Positions 13,582 through 30,177 of a DNA stretch of 64,000 nucleotides are shown piece after piece. The position numbers and the translations under genes are program-made. Every line of letters starts with the position of its first letter. The stretch's first letter is position 1. The notes under the pieces are model-generated. The model saw only the letters and a list, made by a program, of their open reading frames with translations. It did not search any database and had not been told where the DNA came from. Source of the stretch: the human T2T-CHM13v2.0 reference genome, Homo sapiens; assembly GCF_009914755.1 (NCBI RefSeq), contig NC_060942.1. One strand, 5' to 3'.

Positions 13582-14486
13582 TCCTTCAGCTCTGCTCTGA
13601 TCTTAGTTATTTCTTGTCTCTGCTAGCATTTGAATTTGTTTGCTCTTGCTTCTCTAGTTCTTTTAATTGTGATGTGAGGGTGTTGAATTTAGATATTTCC
13701 TGCTTTCTCCTGTGGACATTTAGTGCTATAAATTTCCTATATACACTATAATTTCCTATAAACACTACTTTAGCTGTGACCCAGAGATTCTGGTACATTG
13801 TGTCTTTGTTCTCATTGGTTTCAAAGAACTTACTTATTTCTGCCTTAATTTTGTTATTTACCCAGTTGTCATTCAGGAGCAGGTTGTTCAGTTTCCAGTA
13901 TTTGTGCAGTTTTCAGTGAGTTTCTTAATCCTGAGTTCTAATTTGATTGCACGGTGGTCTGAGAGCCTTTGTTATGATTTCTGTTCATTTGTGTTTGCTG
14001 AGGAGTGTTTTACTTCCAATTGTGTGGTTGATTTTAGAATAAGTGCTATGTGGTGCTGAGAAGAATATATATTCTATTGATGTGGGGTGGAGAGTTCTGT
14101 AGATGTCTATTACGTCCCCTTGGTCCAGAGATGAGTTCAAGTTGTGAATATCCTTGTTAATTTTCTGTCTCGTTGATCTGTCTAATATTGACAGTGGGGT
14201 ATTAAAGTCTCCCACTATTATTGTGTGGGAGTCTAAGTCTCTTTGTAGGTCTCTAAGAACTTGCCTTATGAATCTGGGTGCTCCTGTATTGGGTGCATAT
14301 ATATTTAGGATAGTTAGGTCTTCTTGTTGCACTGATCCCTTCACCATTATGTAATGCCCTTCTTTGTGTTTTTTGATCTTCGTTGGTTTAAAGTCTGTTT
14401 AATCAGAGACCAGGATTGCAACTCCTGCTTTATTTATTTATTTATTTATTTTGCTTTACCTTTGCTTGGTAAGTATTCCTCCATTC
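10803..14486 (-). pseudogene. L1 ORF2p of host L1PA7-like element, multiply disrupted (N-terminal piece lies at 17655-17831)
   Basis: EN fragment (IYAPNTGAPRF...GDFNTPL), Z/RT fragments ([20 protein letters not shown]) and C-terminus split over many short ORFs; start ATG mutated to CTG at 17829-17831. Confidence 0.9.
13547..13580. repeat. (GT)n microsatellite inside L1 ORF2
   Basis: ~17 GT units where the paralogous L1 (17466-17490) has 'gaagggttttttgtgtctctatctcc'. Confidence 0.9.
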
Positions 14487-17763
<3,277 letters not shown>

Positions 17764-17894
17764 TTAATTGGGGCGTTTAGCCTATTTACATTTAAGGCTA
17801 ATATTGTTATGTGTGAATTTGATCCTGTCAGTATGATGCTAGCTGGTTGTTTTGCCCATTAGTTGATGCAGTTTCTTCATAGTGTTGATGGTCT

Positions 17895-18914
17895 TTACAT
17901 TTTGGCTTGTTTTTGCAGTGGCTGGTACCAGTTTTTCCTTTCCATATGTAGTGCTTCCTTCAGGAGCTCTTGTAAGGCAGGGCTGGTGGTGACAAAATCT
18001 CTCAGCTTTTTTTTTCGTCTTTAAAGGATTTTATTTCTCCTTCACCTATGAAGCTTAGTTTGCCTAGACATGAAATTCTGAGTTGAAAATTGTATTCTAT
18101 AAGAATGTTGAATATTGGCCCCCACTTTCTTCTGGCTTATAGGGTTTCTGCAGAGAGATACACTATTAGTCTGATGGGCTTCCCTTTTTGGGAACCTGAC
18201 CTTTCTCTCTGGCTGCCCTTAACGATTTTTATTTCAACCTTGTTGAATCTGATGATTATGTGCCTTGGAATTGCTCTTCTCGAGGAGTATCTTTGTGGTG
18301 TTCTTTGTATTTCCTGAATTTGAATGTTGGCCTGTCTTGCTAGTTTGGGGAAGTTCTCCTGGATAATATCCTGAAGTGTGTTTACCAGCTTGCTTCCATT
18401 TTCCCCACCACTTTCACGTACAGCAATCAAACGTAGGTTTGGTCTTTTCACTAGTCCCATATTTCTTGGAGGCTTTGTTCATTCCTTTTCATTATTTTTT
18501 CTCTAATCTTGTCTTCACGCTTTATTTCATTAAGTTGATCTTCAATCTCTGATATCCTTTCTTCCACTTGATTGATTCAGCTATTGATACTTGTGTATGC
18601 GTCACGAAGTTCTCATGCTGTGTTTTTCAGTTCTTCTGGTCATTTATGTTCTTCTCTAAACTGGTTATTCTAGTTAGCAATTCCTTTAACCTTTTATCAA
18701 GGTTCTTAGCTTCCTTGCACTGGGCTATAAGATGCTCTTTTAGCTTGGTGGAGTTTGTTATTAACCACCTTCTGAAGCCTACTTCTGTCAATTCATCAAA
18801 CTTATTCTCCTTCCAGTTTTGTTCCCTTGCTGGTGAGGAGTTGTGATCCTTTAGAGGAGAAGAGGCATTCTGGGTTTTGGAATTTTCAGCATTTTTGTGC
18901 TGGTTTTTCCTCAT
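17895..18914 (-). pseudogene. L1 ORF1p (host L1PA7-like), frameshifted
   Basis: Fragments MRKNQHKNAENSK...ITSLEKNIND and VKRPNLRLI...IIQENFPKLARQANIQIQEIQRTP in different frames. Confidence 0.9.
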
Positions 18915-20247
18915 CTTCGTGGATTTAACTATCTTTGGTTTTTGCTATTAGTGACCTTCATATAGTGTTTTTGCGTGGTCATCCTTTTTGTTCATGTTGA
19001 TGCTATTGCTTTCTGTTTGTTAGTTTTCCTTTTAACAGTCAGGCCCCTCTTCTGTAGGTTTGCTAGAGTTTGCTGGGGGTCCACTCCAGACCCTGTTTGC
19101 CTGTATCTCTAGCAGAGGCTGCACAACAGCAAATATTGCAGCCCATTCTTTCTTCTGGAAGCTTTATCCCAGAGGGGCACCTGCCAGATGGCAGCCAGAG
19201 CTCTCCTGTATGAGGTGTCTTTTGACCCCTGCTGGAAGGTGTCTTCCCGTCAGTAGGCATGGGGGTCAGGGACCCACTTGAGGAGGCAGTCTGTCCCTTA
19301 GCAGAGCTTGAGCTCTTTGCTAGGAGATCTGCTGCTCTCTCCGGAGCTGGTAGGCAGGAACGTTTAAGTTTGCCGAAGCTGCACCCACAGCTGCCCCTTC
19401 CCCCAGGTTCTCTGTCCCAGGGAGACGGGAGTTTTATCTATAAGCCCCTGACTGGGCTGCTGCCTTTTTTTCAGAGATGCCCTGCACAGAGAGGAGAAAT
19501 CTAGAGAGGCAGTCTGGCTACAGCAGCTTTGTGGGACTGTGGTGGGCTCCGCCCAGTCTGAACTTCCTATTGGCTTTGTTTACACTGTGAGGAGAAACCC
19601 TCCTACTCAAGCCTCAGTAATAGCAGATGCCCCACCCCACACCATGCTCAGGTGTCCCAGGTCAACTTCAGACTGTGGTGCTGGTAGTGAGAATTTCAAG
19701 CCAAGGCTTGCTGCTCTCCATGGGGGTGGGATCCACTGAGTAAGACCACTCAGCTCTCTGGCTTCAGCCCCCTTTCCAGGGGAGGGAAGAGTTCTGTCTC
19801 ATTGGCATTCCAGGCACCACTGCGGTACAAAGAAAAAAAAAACCCTTGCAGCTAGCTCAGTGTCTTCCCAAACAGCTGCCAGTTTTGTGCTTGAAACCCA
19901 GAGCCCTTGTGGTGTAGGCACCTGAGGGAATCTCCTGGGCTGTGGGTTGCAGAGACTGTGGGAAAAGCATGGTATCTATGCCAGATAGCACTGTCTCTTA
20001 TGGGACAGTCCCTCACGGCTTCCCTTGGCTAGCAGAGGGAGCTCCTTGACCCCTTGCACTTTCCGGGTGAGGTGACACTCCACCCTGCTTCAGCTCGCCC
20101 TCTGTGGGCTGCACCCACTGTCTAAGCAGTCCTAATGAGATGAACTGGGTACCTCAGTTGGAAATGCAGAAATCACCCACCTTCTGCGTTGGTCTCACTG
20201 GGAGCTGCAGACAGGAGCTGTTCCTATTTGGCCATCTTGGAAACCAA
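18915..20247 (-). promoter_or_regulatory. L1 5'UTR internal promoter (YY1 site at 5' end); CpG-decayed
   Basis: 'caagatggcc' YY1 motif (reverse complement near 20230-20239); GC-rich 5'UTR. Activity unknown. Confidence 0.6.
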
Positions 20248-21614
20248 TCACTTATCAATTTTGTTTCCAGCAAATTTGTGGTCTGTATGTAAATGCATGC
20301 TAAATGAATTTCTTTGTACCCAAAACAGTATAGAAGCATGACACAGAAGATGGGAAGATTTAATATGGGATACTTAGGTTGTTTTATACTGAATCACAGA
20401 AGAGTTTCAGAAAGAGCAGAAAGGAATGTGAACATATTCTCCAATGAGAACCATGTCCTAAAAAATAGATAAATAAATAAATGCAACTATTCAACATGAT
20501 GCAAGATGTCATTATATAGTTAATGTTTGTGAATGTCCACCAGCTCTTACAGACACTGTGCAATTGCCCATAATCTATTCCTGTAATACACTTTTTCATG
20601 TCAGTTTTTAAATATAATTTTTTCGTAGTATTTTTTAATATTTTAAATTATCATATTTTTCTTTACAATTCACTATGCTATGTATTTCATCTTCACATCA
20701 TTTCCAATGCTGGAGGTGTAAATTGTTTAAAGACTTTTAGAATTCTAATTTGTTTCATGCATTTTTTTTTGCAAATGACTACATAAAAGTACATTATCAC
20801 AGCACTGATTTTGTGTGTAAACATTGTGCATGTACATAAAAATGTTGACATTTCCTCAGTAAATGAAGCAATATCCTTTTTGAACATCGGCATTTGTGAA
20901 AGATACAATTTCTCAAGATCTTGGTTCTTTGGGTAACTGATGTGGTGGTGGCTCATCATAGTTTTGATGAACTCAAAGGACTTAGAATGTCCATCACAGT
21001 ATTTCAGATGACTGAAATTATAAAGCTGCATGCTCACAAGTACCAATCATGATGACATGTATTTATGCATTTTCCTTTTTGACCTATTTCTTTATGAATA
21101 CTGTTCTTCTGCTTGTAACTTATTCTCGTGTGACTATCATTAGTATACATAAGTGTTTATGCTTACAAAATTAAGAATGCTATTATTGTCTGTTTTATTG
21201 TGTAAAGGGGCCCTTAAAGTGTTCTGTCATGTTTTATATGTTTCTCAAATCCTATTTTTAAATGTAAATAAACATCTTTCAAATAATTTTAAGTTATTTT
21301 TTCCAGAATTAGATTTTTGGGATTTCAACATTTGGAATTATGGTGTTCTGGATTGTGTCTTTTGGGATTATGATCATCTGCAATTGCCCACAATCTATCC
21401 TTGTAATATGCTATCCTATGTGTTAATTTTTATAGATATTTTTCTTTTTCCTAATTTTTTTCACTATTTTAAATCATCACATTTTCAAATTAGATCACAA
21501 GTTAGATCACATTTACAGTTACAGGGGATTAGAGCATTCCTTTATCTAGTGGGGAGACACAATTCAACCCATACAAATAATTATGATTTTTAGCATGCTC
21601 ATGTTTATTCCTAT

Positions 21615-22542
21615 GATTATGTTGAGAAAATATAATTAAAAAAATAGTTTCCCAATCCAGAAAGCTCTTAACAGAGGTAAAAGAGAAATACAACAATTTT
21701 ATTTTTGGATAAGCATTAAACCAAAATGTGAACATCACAGGCAATCTTCTAAGAGATTGTAAAGACAGAAATTTCACTATTTTATACAGCCAAACAGATA
21801 TAACCCATTCCATTTATGTTCTCAAGATGAACAATAGTGTATCCTTGAGTAAAAGTATATGGCATCACTATTTGTCCCACAGGTCTTCTTAACTCTACCT
21901 GGCAATTTAGATGAGCATCTGCCTTAGCTAAATGACTTTATCCACAGGAAAAATAAACTCATATCGTTGTGGATAAGAGGTAGGTAGTAGTGCAGAGAGA
22001 GTCGCCAGAGGAGCTGGGTTCTTACCTTCCCACAGAACCCGGGATAACCGGACTCCCTTGATGATTATGTTCCAAAGAGATGGTTTCTAGATTCTTAAGA
22101 TAGACATTCCCGGCACTTTAGTAAAACAACTCAGAAACAAAGTTAAATACCACATGTTCTCACTTGGAAGTGGAGGTAAATAATGAGTAAACATGGACAT
22201 AGAGTGTGGGATAATAGACATTGGAAAGTTGGATGTGTAGGAAGGTGGAATTGGGGAGAGGAATGAAAATTACTTAATGGGCACAATGTACATTATTTGG
22301 GTGATGGTTACACTAAAAGCCCAGACTTCATAGGTATGCAACATATTCATGTAACATAACTGCACTTGTACCCCTTAAATTTATACAAAGAAAAATTTTA
22401 TTGGTTTATAGAGACCAATAAAAAACATCCAATTAACAAGTTCTGTAAGGTAAATGCTCTAAAGAAAAGAGAGAAGTCTCCTTTCTTATTTTCAATAGGG
22501 AGAATGAAACCTTTTATTTTAAATTTGTATTTGCCTTTACAA
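21615..22542 (-). mobile_element. ERV1-class LTR (MER67-like), interrupted by an L1 fragment
   Basis: 'ataagcattaaaccaaaatgtgaacatcacaggcaatcttctaagagattgtaaagacaga' resembles recalled MER67-group LTRs; ends '...tttgcctttaca'. Confidence 0.5.
22115..22395 (+). mobile_element. L1MA-like 3' end fragment
   Basis: 'taccacatgttctcact...gggtgatggttacactaaaagcccagacttca...gcacttgtaccccttaaatttatacaaagaaaaa'. Confidence 0.8.
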
Positions 22543-24394
22543 TTTACATATTAGTGAGTTAAATACATAAATAAATGCACATACTAAAAGTGAAGAAAAA
22601 TTGTCAAATTATGATATGTATTAATTTATATAATATTTGAAAGTGTGTAAAAAAGATTTTAAAACAAATTATTTTGTCTTTTCATTAATCTTTCCTCTTC
22701 CAAATTAATGGATTTTACATGTTGTATAAATCTACATGGATTTTGACAATTTTTTTTGGTTTAGTTTATCATTATTCATATCAGACCGTATTTATAATAA
22801 TAGATTTTAAGAAAGTTAGTTTAACTTTAGCTTTTTGTGGAGACCATAAACCATATGAAATAATCAATTATGATACCTTAAAATTACTTCTAAGGGACTT
22901 TGAATTTTCTGGATGGAGGACAAGAAAAATAAATACAGTATAGAACCCAGTTGGAGAGCTAGGAGAAGGCCAGGGCATTGCAGCAGTGGACTATTTCAAG
23001 AGTGTGCAGTTGTAGAAATTTGGAAATTTGGGTTATGAGAGATTTCTATGCAGCACTATCTAACTTATCAACTTCCTCTAGCTTCTATTGCTATGCCATC
23101 TAGAATCAGGGGAACCCAAGGTGTGAAACCATTTCATTAATGGGAACATTCAAATAAAAACAGACAATTCTCTAAGTATGAAAATATTTTAAAAATTAAA
23201 CCACTGAAATAGTTTTTATATGCTAATTAGGTTATTCATAGAGATAATTAAAGAATACACCCAAACTATACATAAAAGAATGAAAATAAATGAAGCTTTC
23301 AGCTTATATATCTATAAAAAAGTAGTAATTATGAAATACTAATGACGGAATTTATAAATATGTGAATGTAAAATTTAAAAAACAACAGACTTTAAAACCT
23401 CATAGATTTTTGTTTTTAAAGACCAACAAAAGTATGTAGGAAAAATGAGAAAAAAACTCTAGAATAATATAATTTTGGTAAAAAATTGAGAATTTTAAAT
23501 ACATTAAAGACAAATTTACAAGAATATACTATGAATAAAACAAATTTTAAATTATTCATAAATCAAATATTTTATAAACAACTAAAATAAATCAGTGATA
23601 TATAAAATTGTGACAGGACAATCTAATTTTTACAAACTCCTAAAAGTAAAATAGAATAAATATTGAAAAGCATGTTTTTCTTATACTTTGTTTCACATTC
23701 ACCCAGTTCTAGAGGTAATCAACATTACCACTTTCTATGTACTGTTTCCTAGATGCTATATACAATCAAATATGTATGTAGATGCTTTTGTAATTAAGTA
23801 TAATATATTCATTCTTGTGTATTCTGCCTTTTAACCTATTGGTTTATATAGAAATGCTTCATTTATATTGGTGGCTGAAGATTATTCATTTTAATTATGT
23901 GCTAAAATTTATATAAGTAATTCTTTATTGATGGGCTTCTGCCCTTTTGCACATCTTTTGCTGTAACAGAAAAAGTAAAAAAAGAAGAGGAACATTTCTC
24001 TTCTTGAATACGTGTTATTATAGCTTTAAGATAAATTGGTAGATACATAATTGCTGTGGAAAAGGAAATATGCTTTTTAAATTTAATGGCTTTTAAGTTA
24101 TATTTTTCCATTATAATTGATATGTTAGCAGCTTACACAATTACCATTAATGTGGGTCTATTTTCCTAAGTCCCTACCAACACTGTATGCTAAAAGAACT
24201 GATATTTTAAATCTTATAATTTAAGAAAGAGTGTGTAATCATATTTACAAAATATGTTCTTATATAGTAATTGTAACTTTTCATAAGTTTTAAAGGCATT
24301 AGTATACATTGTTTTATCAACCATTTCTTCATACACTTAGCCAAATTTTCAGTTCTATTGATAGTTCTTTTATTAATTTGTGAATTTTTTCCCA

Positions 24395-26575
24395 ATTTTC
24401 TATTGTGAGGCAATACACCTAACATAAAATTTACCATCTTAACAATTTTCCAGGATATTGTTCAATGGTATTAAATACATTCATAATATGCAGCATCACT
24501 AACCATCCATCTCTGTAACTCCTTTCATCTTATAAAACTGAAACTCTATACCCATTCAACAGTGATGCCCCATCCCTCCTGCCCCCACCCTCTGGCAACC
24601 ACCATTCTACTTTCTGTCTCTATAATTTTGACTATTCAAGGTACCTCATATAAGTGGGATCAGTAGTTGATTTGTATGTGTGTGCTACTGTGTGCTACTG
24701 GCTTATTTCTCTTAGCATGATGTGCTCAAGCTTTATCTATGGGGTAGCACATGTCAGAGTGTCCTTTTTAAAGGCAGAATAATATTCCATTGTGTGTATA
24801 TGCCATATTTTGCTATCTATTCATATGTTGATGGCACTTGGGTTGCTTTCACATTTTACTCATTGTGAATAATGTTGCTATGAAAAAATATCTAGTTGAG
24901 CTTCTATTTTCAATTAAGTTAGGTACATAACTAGACATAAAATTTCTGGATTACATGGTAATTGTATTTTTAATTTTTTGAGGAACTGCCATTCTGTTTT
25001 CCAAGGTGGCTGTACCACTTTACATTCTCACCTATGGTGTGCAAGGGATCTGATTTGTTCATATCCTCACTAACACTTGTTACTCTGTGTGTGTGTGTGT
25101 GTTTTAATAGTAACCATCCTAATGGGTATAAAATGCTATTTTATTGTAGTTAGGATTTGTATTTTCCTAACGATTAGTGATGTTGGGCATCTTTTCATTG
25201 GCTTCTTGATCATCTGTATATCTTCTTTGGAGAATGTCTATTGAAGTCTTTTGCCCATTTTTGAATCAGGTTGCTTTTTTGTCATTGAGTTTTAGGAGTT
25301 CTATATATATTCTGAATAAATATGTCTTATCAAATATATGATTTACAAATATTTTCTCCCATTCTGTGGATTGTCTTTTTTCTCTGTTGATCTTGTTTTT
25401 TGACACACAACATTTTTAAAATTGTCATGAAGTCTAATTTGTTTATTTTTTGTTGTTGTTGCCTGTGCCTTTTGTGTCATACCCAAGAAATTCAGTATTT
25501 TAAGGTTTTTTAAGTGTTTTTTCCTATGTTTTCTTCTAAGAATTTTATAGTTTTAGTTCTTAAATTTATGTTTTTGATGCATTTTGAGTTAATTTCATAT
25601 ATAGTACCAAGTAATGGTTCGACTTCATTCTTTTGCATGTGGATATCCAGTTTTTTCAGCACAATTTGTTGAAAAGACTATCCTTCCTCTATTGAATGGT
25701 CTCATATATCAGTAAAAAATTCTTCTTACTGTATATGCAAATGTTTATTTCCAAGCTCTCCATATTATTCCACTGGTTTGTGTGTCTGTCTCTATGTCAG
25801 TAGCACACAAATACTGTAGTTTTGAAGTAAGTTTTGAAATCAGAAAATGTGAGTCCTCTAGCTTCGTTCTTCTTTTTCAAGATTATTTTGGTTATTTGGG
25901 TGTCCCTTGAGATTTCTTATGAATATTACAATGGGTTTTTCTATTTCTGTAAAAAATAAACCATCATTGTGATTTTGATAGAGAGTGCATTAAAACTGTA
26001 TCACTCTGGGTGGTACTGACATATTGACAATATTAAGTCTTCCATGGGATGCATTTCCCTTTATTTATGCCTCCTTTAATTTCTTTCAGCAATGTTTTGT
26101 AGACTTTATTGTACGTGTTTTTCAATTCTTTGGTTAGCTTAGTTCCCTAAGTATTTTATTCTTCTTGATGCTATTATAACTGCAATTGATTTTGGAAATT
26201 TCTTTTTAGATTGTTCATTGTTATTACATAAAAATGCAACTGATTTTGAGTGTTGACTTTCTATCATGCTACTTTGTTGAACTAATTCACTTATTAATTC
26301 TAACAGTTTACATGTGTATGTGAGTATGAAATCTCTGTGAAAAGAAATCATTTTATTTTGTCCTTTCCAATTTGGAGTATTTCATTTCTTTTTCTGGCTT
26401 AATTTCTCTGGGTAGACATTCAGTACTATGTTGATAATAACTGTTGAAAGTGGGCATCCTTGCCTTGTTCCTAATCTTAGAAGTAAAGCTTTCAGTATTT
26501 CACCATTTAGTGTAATGTTTACTGTGGGGTTTTTATATATGCGTTGTATTATGTTGAGGTAGTTTCTTTATGGTA
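24395..26575 (-). mobile_element. L1MB-like 3' portion (~2.2 kb), inside older L1M sequence (~23690-26720)
   Basis: 'acctaacataaaatttaccatcttaac...aaactgaaactctatacccatt...ccctctggcaaccaccattctactttctgtctc' then degenerate ORF2 (KSVAFLCNNNEQSKK...IASRRIKYLG). Confidence 0.8.
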
Positions 26576-28327
26576 TTGAGTTTTCCTCTCTAAGAACTGG
26601 CAATAATTGCTCCAATTGTTTCTTCATTTGAAAAGTTGTCCAGTAAAATTTTATAATTTTTTTATCTGTAGGTCTTGCCTAACTTTTGTTAGATTTGTTC
26701 CTAGATGTTTTGTAGTTTGTTGTTTTAGTAATTGAAACTGGTGACTTTCAATGGTGACTTAAAAACACATAAGTCATTTACTTGCTTCTGAGCAGAATAA
26801 AATAGTCTGCCAGGACAGGGTTTCTACTCAAAAAAGTTGGAGAAGGGAGAATGAATTTAAAAATCTCTGTATTTAAAGCCGTCAGAGAGCTGTGACTTAT
26901 GGTGAGGTCACTTGCTGATTCTGGCATTGGCTAGAACCTCAGAAACTGGGCTTGATCAAACCAGAGAGCTGCTATTTTAGGATAAAATCAAGAGCGAGCT
27001 CTCAAACACAAGACTTGTTACATGTGCAATACACTTACTAAATTCATAAGTCTTCTGAGTGGAAGGCTAAAGAATTAAACCAAACTTCTACAAAATCCTA
27101 TGAAAATTTTCTGCTGTCTCATGGCTGTTGGCAGTCAAACCCTTCCTCGGAAGGGCCTGAGAACCATGAGAAGAGTCAGAATCCTTTTTGGTAAGTTTAT
27201 AGAAACAAGGCTTTACAGCTTTTTCTCTGAGGGTGTGTCCTTCTCCTGCCCCAAGGAGAGGCTGAGGATCCAGGCTTGCTCCCCAGCAGGGAACAAAGGA
27301 AGCAGCAGAGCTTTTGGGGATTAATGAAAAGCTGGAGGCTCGAGCAACATCAAACCCACACACTGTCGCTACCTGGGACCTTTGCCAAATGTGAAGGAAT
27401 CTCAAAATGGAAGGCTAAAGATCAAAACCAAAGAGATCTGTGAATCAGAACAAATTTCCTGCAAGCCCCAGTGGTGAAGAGACTCTTGCCTGTGGGGGTC
27501 TCAACAGAGAATTTTAAAGTCATATTCTTAGAACAGAGGTGAGTCCAAGGTACACTGTGATTAAAACTACACACCAATCTTAGCTCACTTGAGTCTGTGA
27601 AAAGATTAAGGTGTCCAGCCGTTTACTCTATCTATCTGCTTAGGAGAAGAAGGTGTCATCTTAAAAAAAAAGAAAAGAAAAAAAAAATCATAAAATCCTA
27701 GGAATGTGAAGTGAGAGAATCATATGACCAAAAGCTAAGAGAAAATAACAGACCATAGATGAGAAGCTGGAGGAGATCAGCATATGAGAACAAGAGACAG
27801 GACTTTAAAAATAACTATGATTACTGTTAAAGAAAATAAGACTCCTGGTAGCTGACAAGGGCAGTGCCGAGTATACGCCCTTCAATAAATATTTCCTCCA
27901 GAGTCAATTCACAAGAAAAAAAAAGAGGAAGATACAAAATCCCTGACCTCAGTGTTAACTTGAAGTCAAAAGATGTCCAAACTTCAACATAGCTCTATTT
28001 TGTGCCAAAAAACACCCCTGCAAACCTCACCAAATTCCAGCAAGCAATGCCTCACGTGCCACCCACTCCATCCTGAGAAAACTTACAAGAGATAAAGGAG
28101 CTGGCAATGGACCTAAGGCTGACCTCAAATCACTATCAGATAGAGCAAGTGATCCCTAAGTTTGAAAATACTAAAATAAGTGCCCTGGTAGGTGAGAGTG
28201 TGTTCTGCAGGCAGGGGAATTAGGACTTGCCATTTGAAGAGACAGTCATTTGAAATGTGTAATTTCTGGGAGAGGAAAATAAAAACAGCAAAAAGGGAAA
28301 AGAGAGCATCCTTTGATAATTGAATGG

Positions 28328-28732
28328 TGTTAAATCAAGTTTAGCCTAACGCTGCCTCCTTACATATTTCAAGTTCAGCCTAAAGGTTTCTCTGTACATT
28401 GTGAACTATAACCTAAATGGAGGTGTAAACAGACTGTAGTCTACATCTTGTGCCAATCTCACCAAGTTTTGGCCAATCTAAAGTGACCAGCTGTTCAAAC
28501 TGTGTTCAAATAAGGCACACACAGAGCTGTACCCAACCTGGCTGTCTCTGCATCTCACTTCTGTTCTCTGTATGTCACTTTCCTTTTTTCTGTCCAAAAG
28601 CCTTCTTCTACCATGTGGCTGTGCTGGCATCTCTGAGCCTACTCTGGCTGGAGAGGCTGACAGATTTGAGAATTGTTCTTTGCTCAGTTAAACTCTTTTA
28701 AATTTAATTCGGTGAAAGTTTTTCTTTTAACA
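28328..28732 (+). mobile_element. Solo ERV1 LTR, MER57-like
   Basis: tgttaaa...ttaaca termini; 'gtttagcctaacgctgcctccttacatatttcaagttcagcctaaaggtttctc'; two CCAAT boxes; 4-bp TSD atgg/gtgg. Confidence 0.85.
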
Positions 28733-29878
28733 GTGGTAAAAGGGAAAAAGAAGCCAAAGGAAAGGAATTTGAGGCTGTAGAACAAAAGGAAAGCAAACTG
28801 CAAGAGGACACACAATTCCTCCCTCCACTACCAAGCCAAACAATCAAAAAACAACCCACTAAACAATTTGAACTTTACTTTCAGAACAGTGGGGAAAAAA
28901 GTCTAAAACATAAAAATTGGGAGAATCCTCTATCACCAGCACATTTAGAAGAGTATGTTTCAGACTGAGCTTCATAAAAACCAAGCAATGACTGGAAAAT
29001 TTTCTGCAAGAAGAAAGGCAATGGATATTTTAATAAGTAAACATCGAAACTGAAATAGAAGCAGGGTCAAAGGTGGAAGACTGATGTGCAAAGGCGCTAT
29101 GTGTGGCAAAGTAGAAATAAATCAACTGAGAAATGTAAGACAGAGGAAAATAGGAACCTGGAGCAGCTCATTGATTGTTATAGTTAATACAGGGGAGAAA
29201 GAATACCACTAACAATTGACATACCCAATAGTAAAAGGTTTAATAAGAGAACAGAGACTAAGGATACTTAAAATGGCATAAGTACAGATGTAACACTAGT
29301 ACAAAAATAGAAATCTTTTAAAATATCCCACATTAAAAAATTAAATAATCACCAGGATAATTATTCTATCTAGTTCTATTGTTCTATTCTTAGTGGGGGG
29401 TATATTTTCTCATATCTCGCTGCTATATTTTTAACTCCTCCATCTCCATCATGTGAATCATTCCCTGTAGTATACAGCCATGCTTAAAATTTCCCCGTAT
29501 TAAAAAAACAGGAGATCTTCATATATGCAAATGCCATATTGTTCCTGGGTAGTTCCAAGATCATATTTGCTAGGAAGTACCTGAATGTACAAGATGAGTT
29601 AAAAGAGTTCCTTTTGCATGGCCACAGCATGGTAGCATTTCAAGAGACAGCACAGAAGTGCACAGGACCTTAAGCTCCAGAATTAGTTGTGCCAATTTCA
29701 GTCCTGACACCAGTACTGTAGGATGATACTAGGCTATTAAAACCTCTCCTTGTGCTTCTCTTTTCTCATCTTAAAAAATGAGACCTACATTATCATTATT
29801 ACAAAAAAAACTATGTGATCAATATTGTTATTTTTGTTATGACATTTATACTGCTGTATTGTTAGAACAGTTTACTTT

Positions 29879-30177
29879 TCCATTTTTTCCATTTTACTTT
29901 AAGTTCTGGGATACATGTACAGAACGTACAGGTTTGTTACATAGGTATACATGTGCCGTGGTGGTTTGCTGCACCCATCAACCCATCATCTAGGTTTTAA
30001 GTCCCACATGCATTAGATATTTGTCCTAATGCTCTCCCTCCATTTTCCCCCAACCTCCCGACAGGCCTGGTGTGTGATGTTCCCCTCCCTGTGTCCATGT
30101 GTTCTCATTGTTCAGCTCCCACTTATGAGTGAGAACATGAGGTGTTTGGTGGTGTTTGGTTTTCTGTTCCTGTGTGG
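29879..30177 (-). mobile_element. L1PA8-like 3' end (~300 bp)
   Basis: 'catcatctaggttttaagtcccacatgcattag' diagnostic; TSD gaa(ca/gc)gtttacttt at 29865-29878 and 30178-30191. Confidence 0.85.

Noticed and set aside
19539-19739. Antisense ORF resembling primate L1 ORF0 (IADAPP...TSDC)
   Set aside because: The position of the ORF0 ATG reads ATA (19620-19622); no intact ORF0
20384-21813. Cluster of 60-146-aa ORFs
   Set aside because: AT-rich chance ORFs within the DNA transposon's right arm and the adjacent LTR; no coding-like motifs
26760-29340. Purine-rich region with repeated 'tggaaggctaaaga' (27059, 27407) and overlapping ORFs
   Set aside because: Probably degenerate old L1M 5' region/ORF1 or HAL1; could not be assigned confidently and ORFs show no recognisable protein motif
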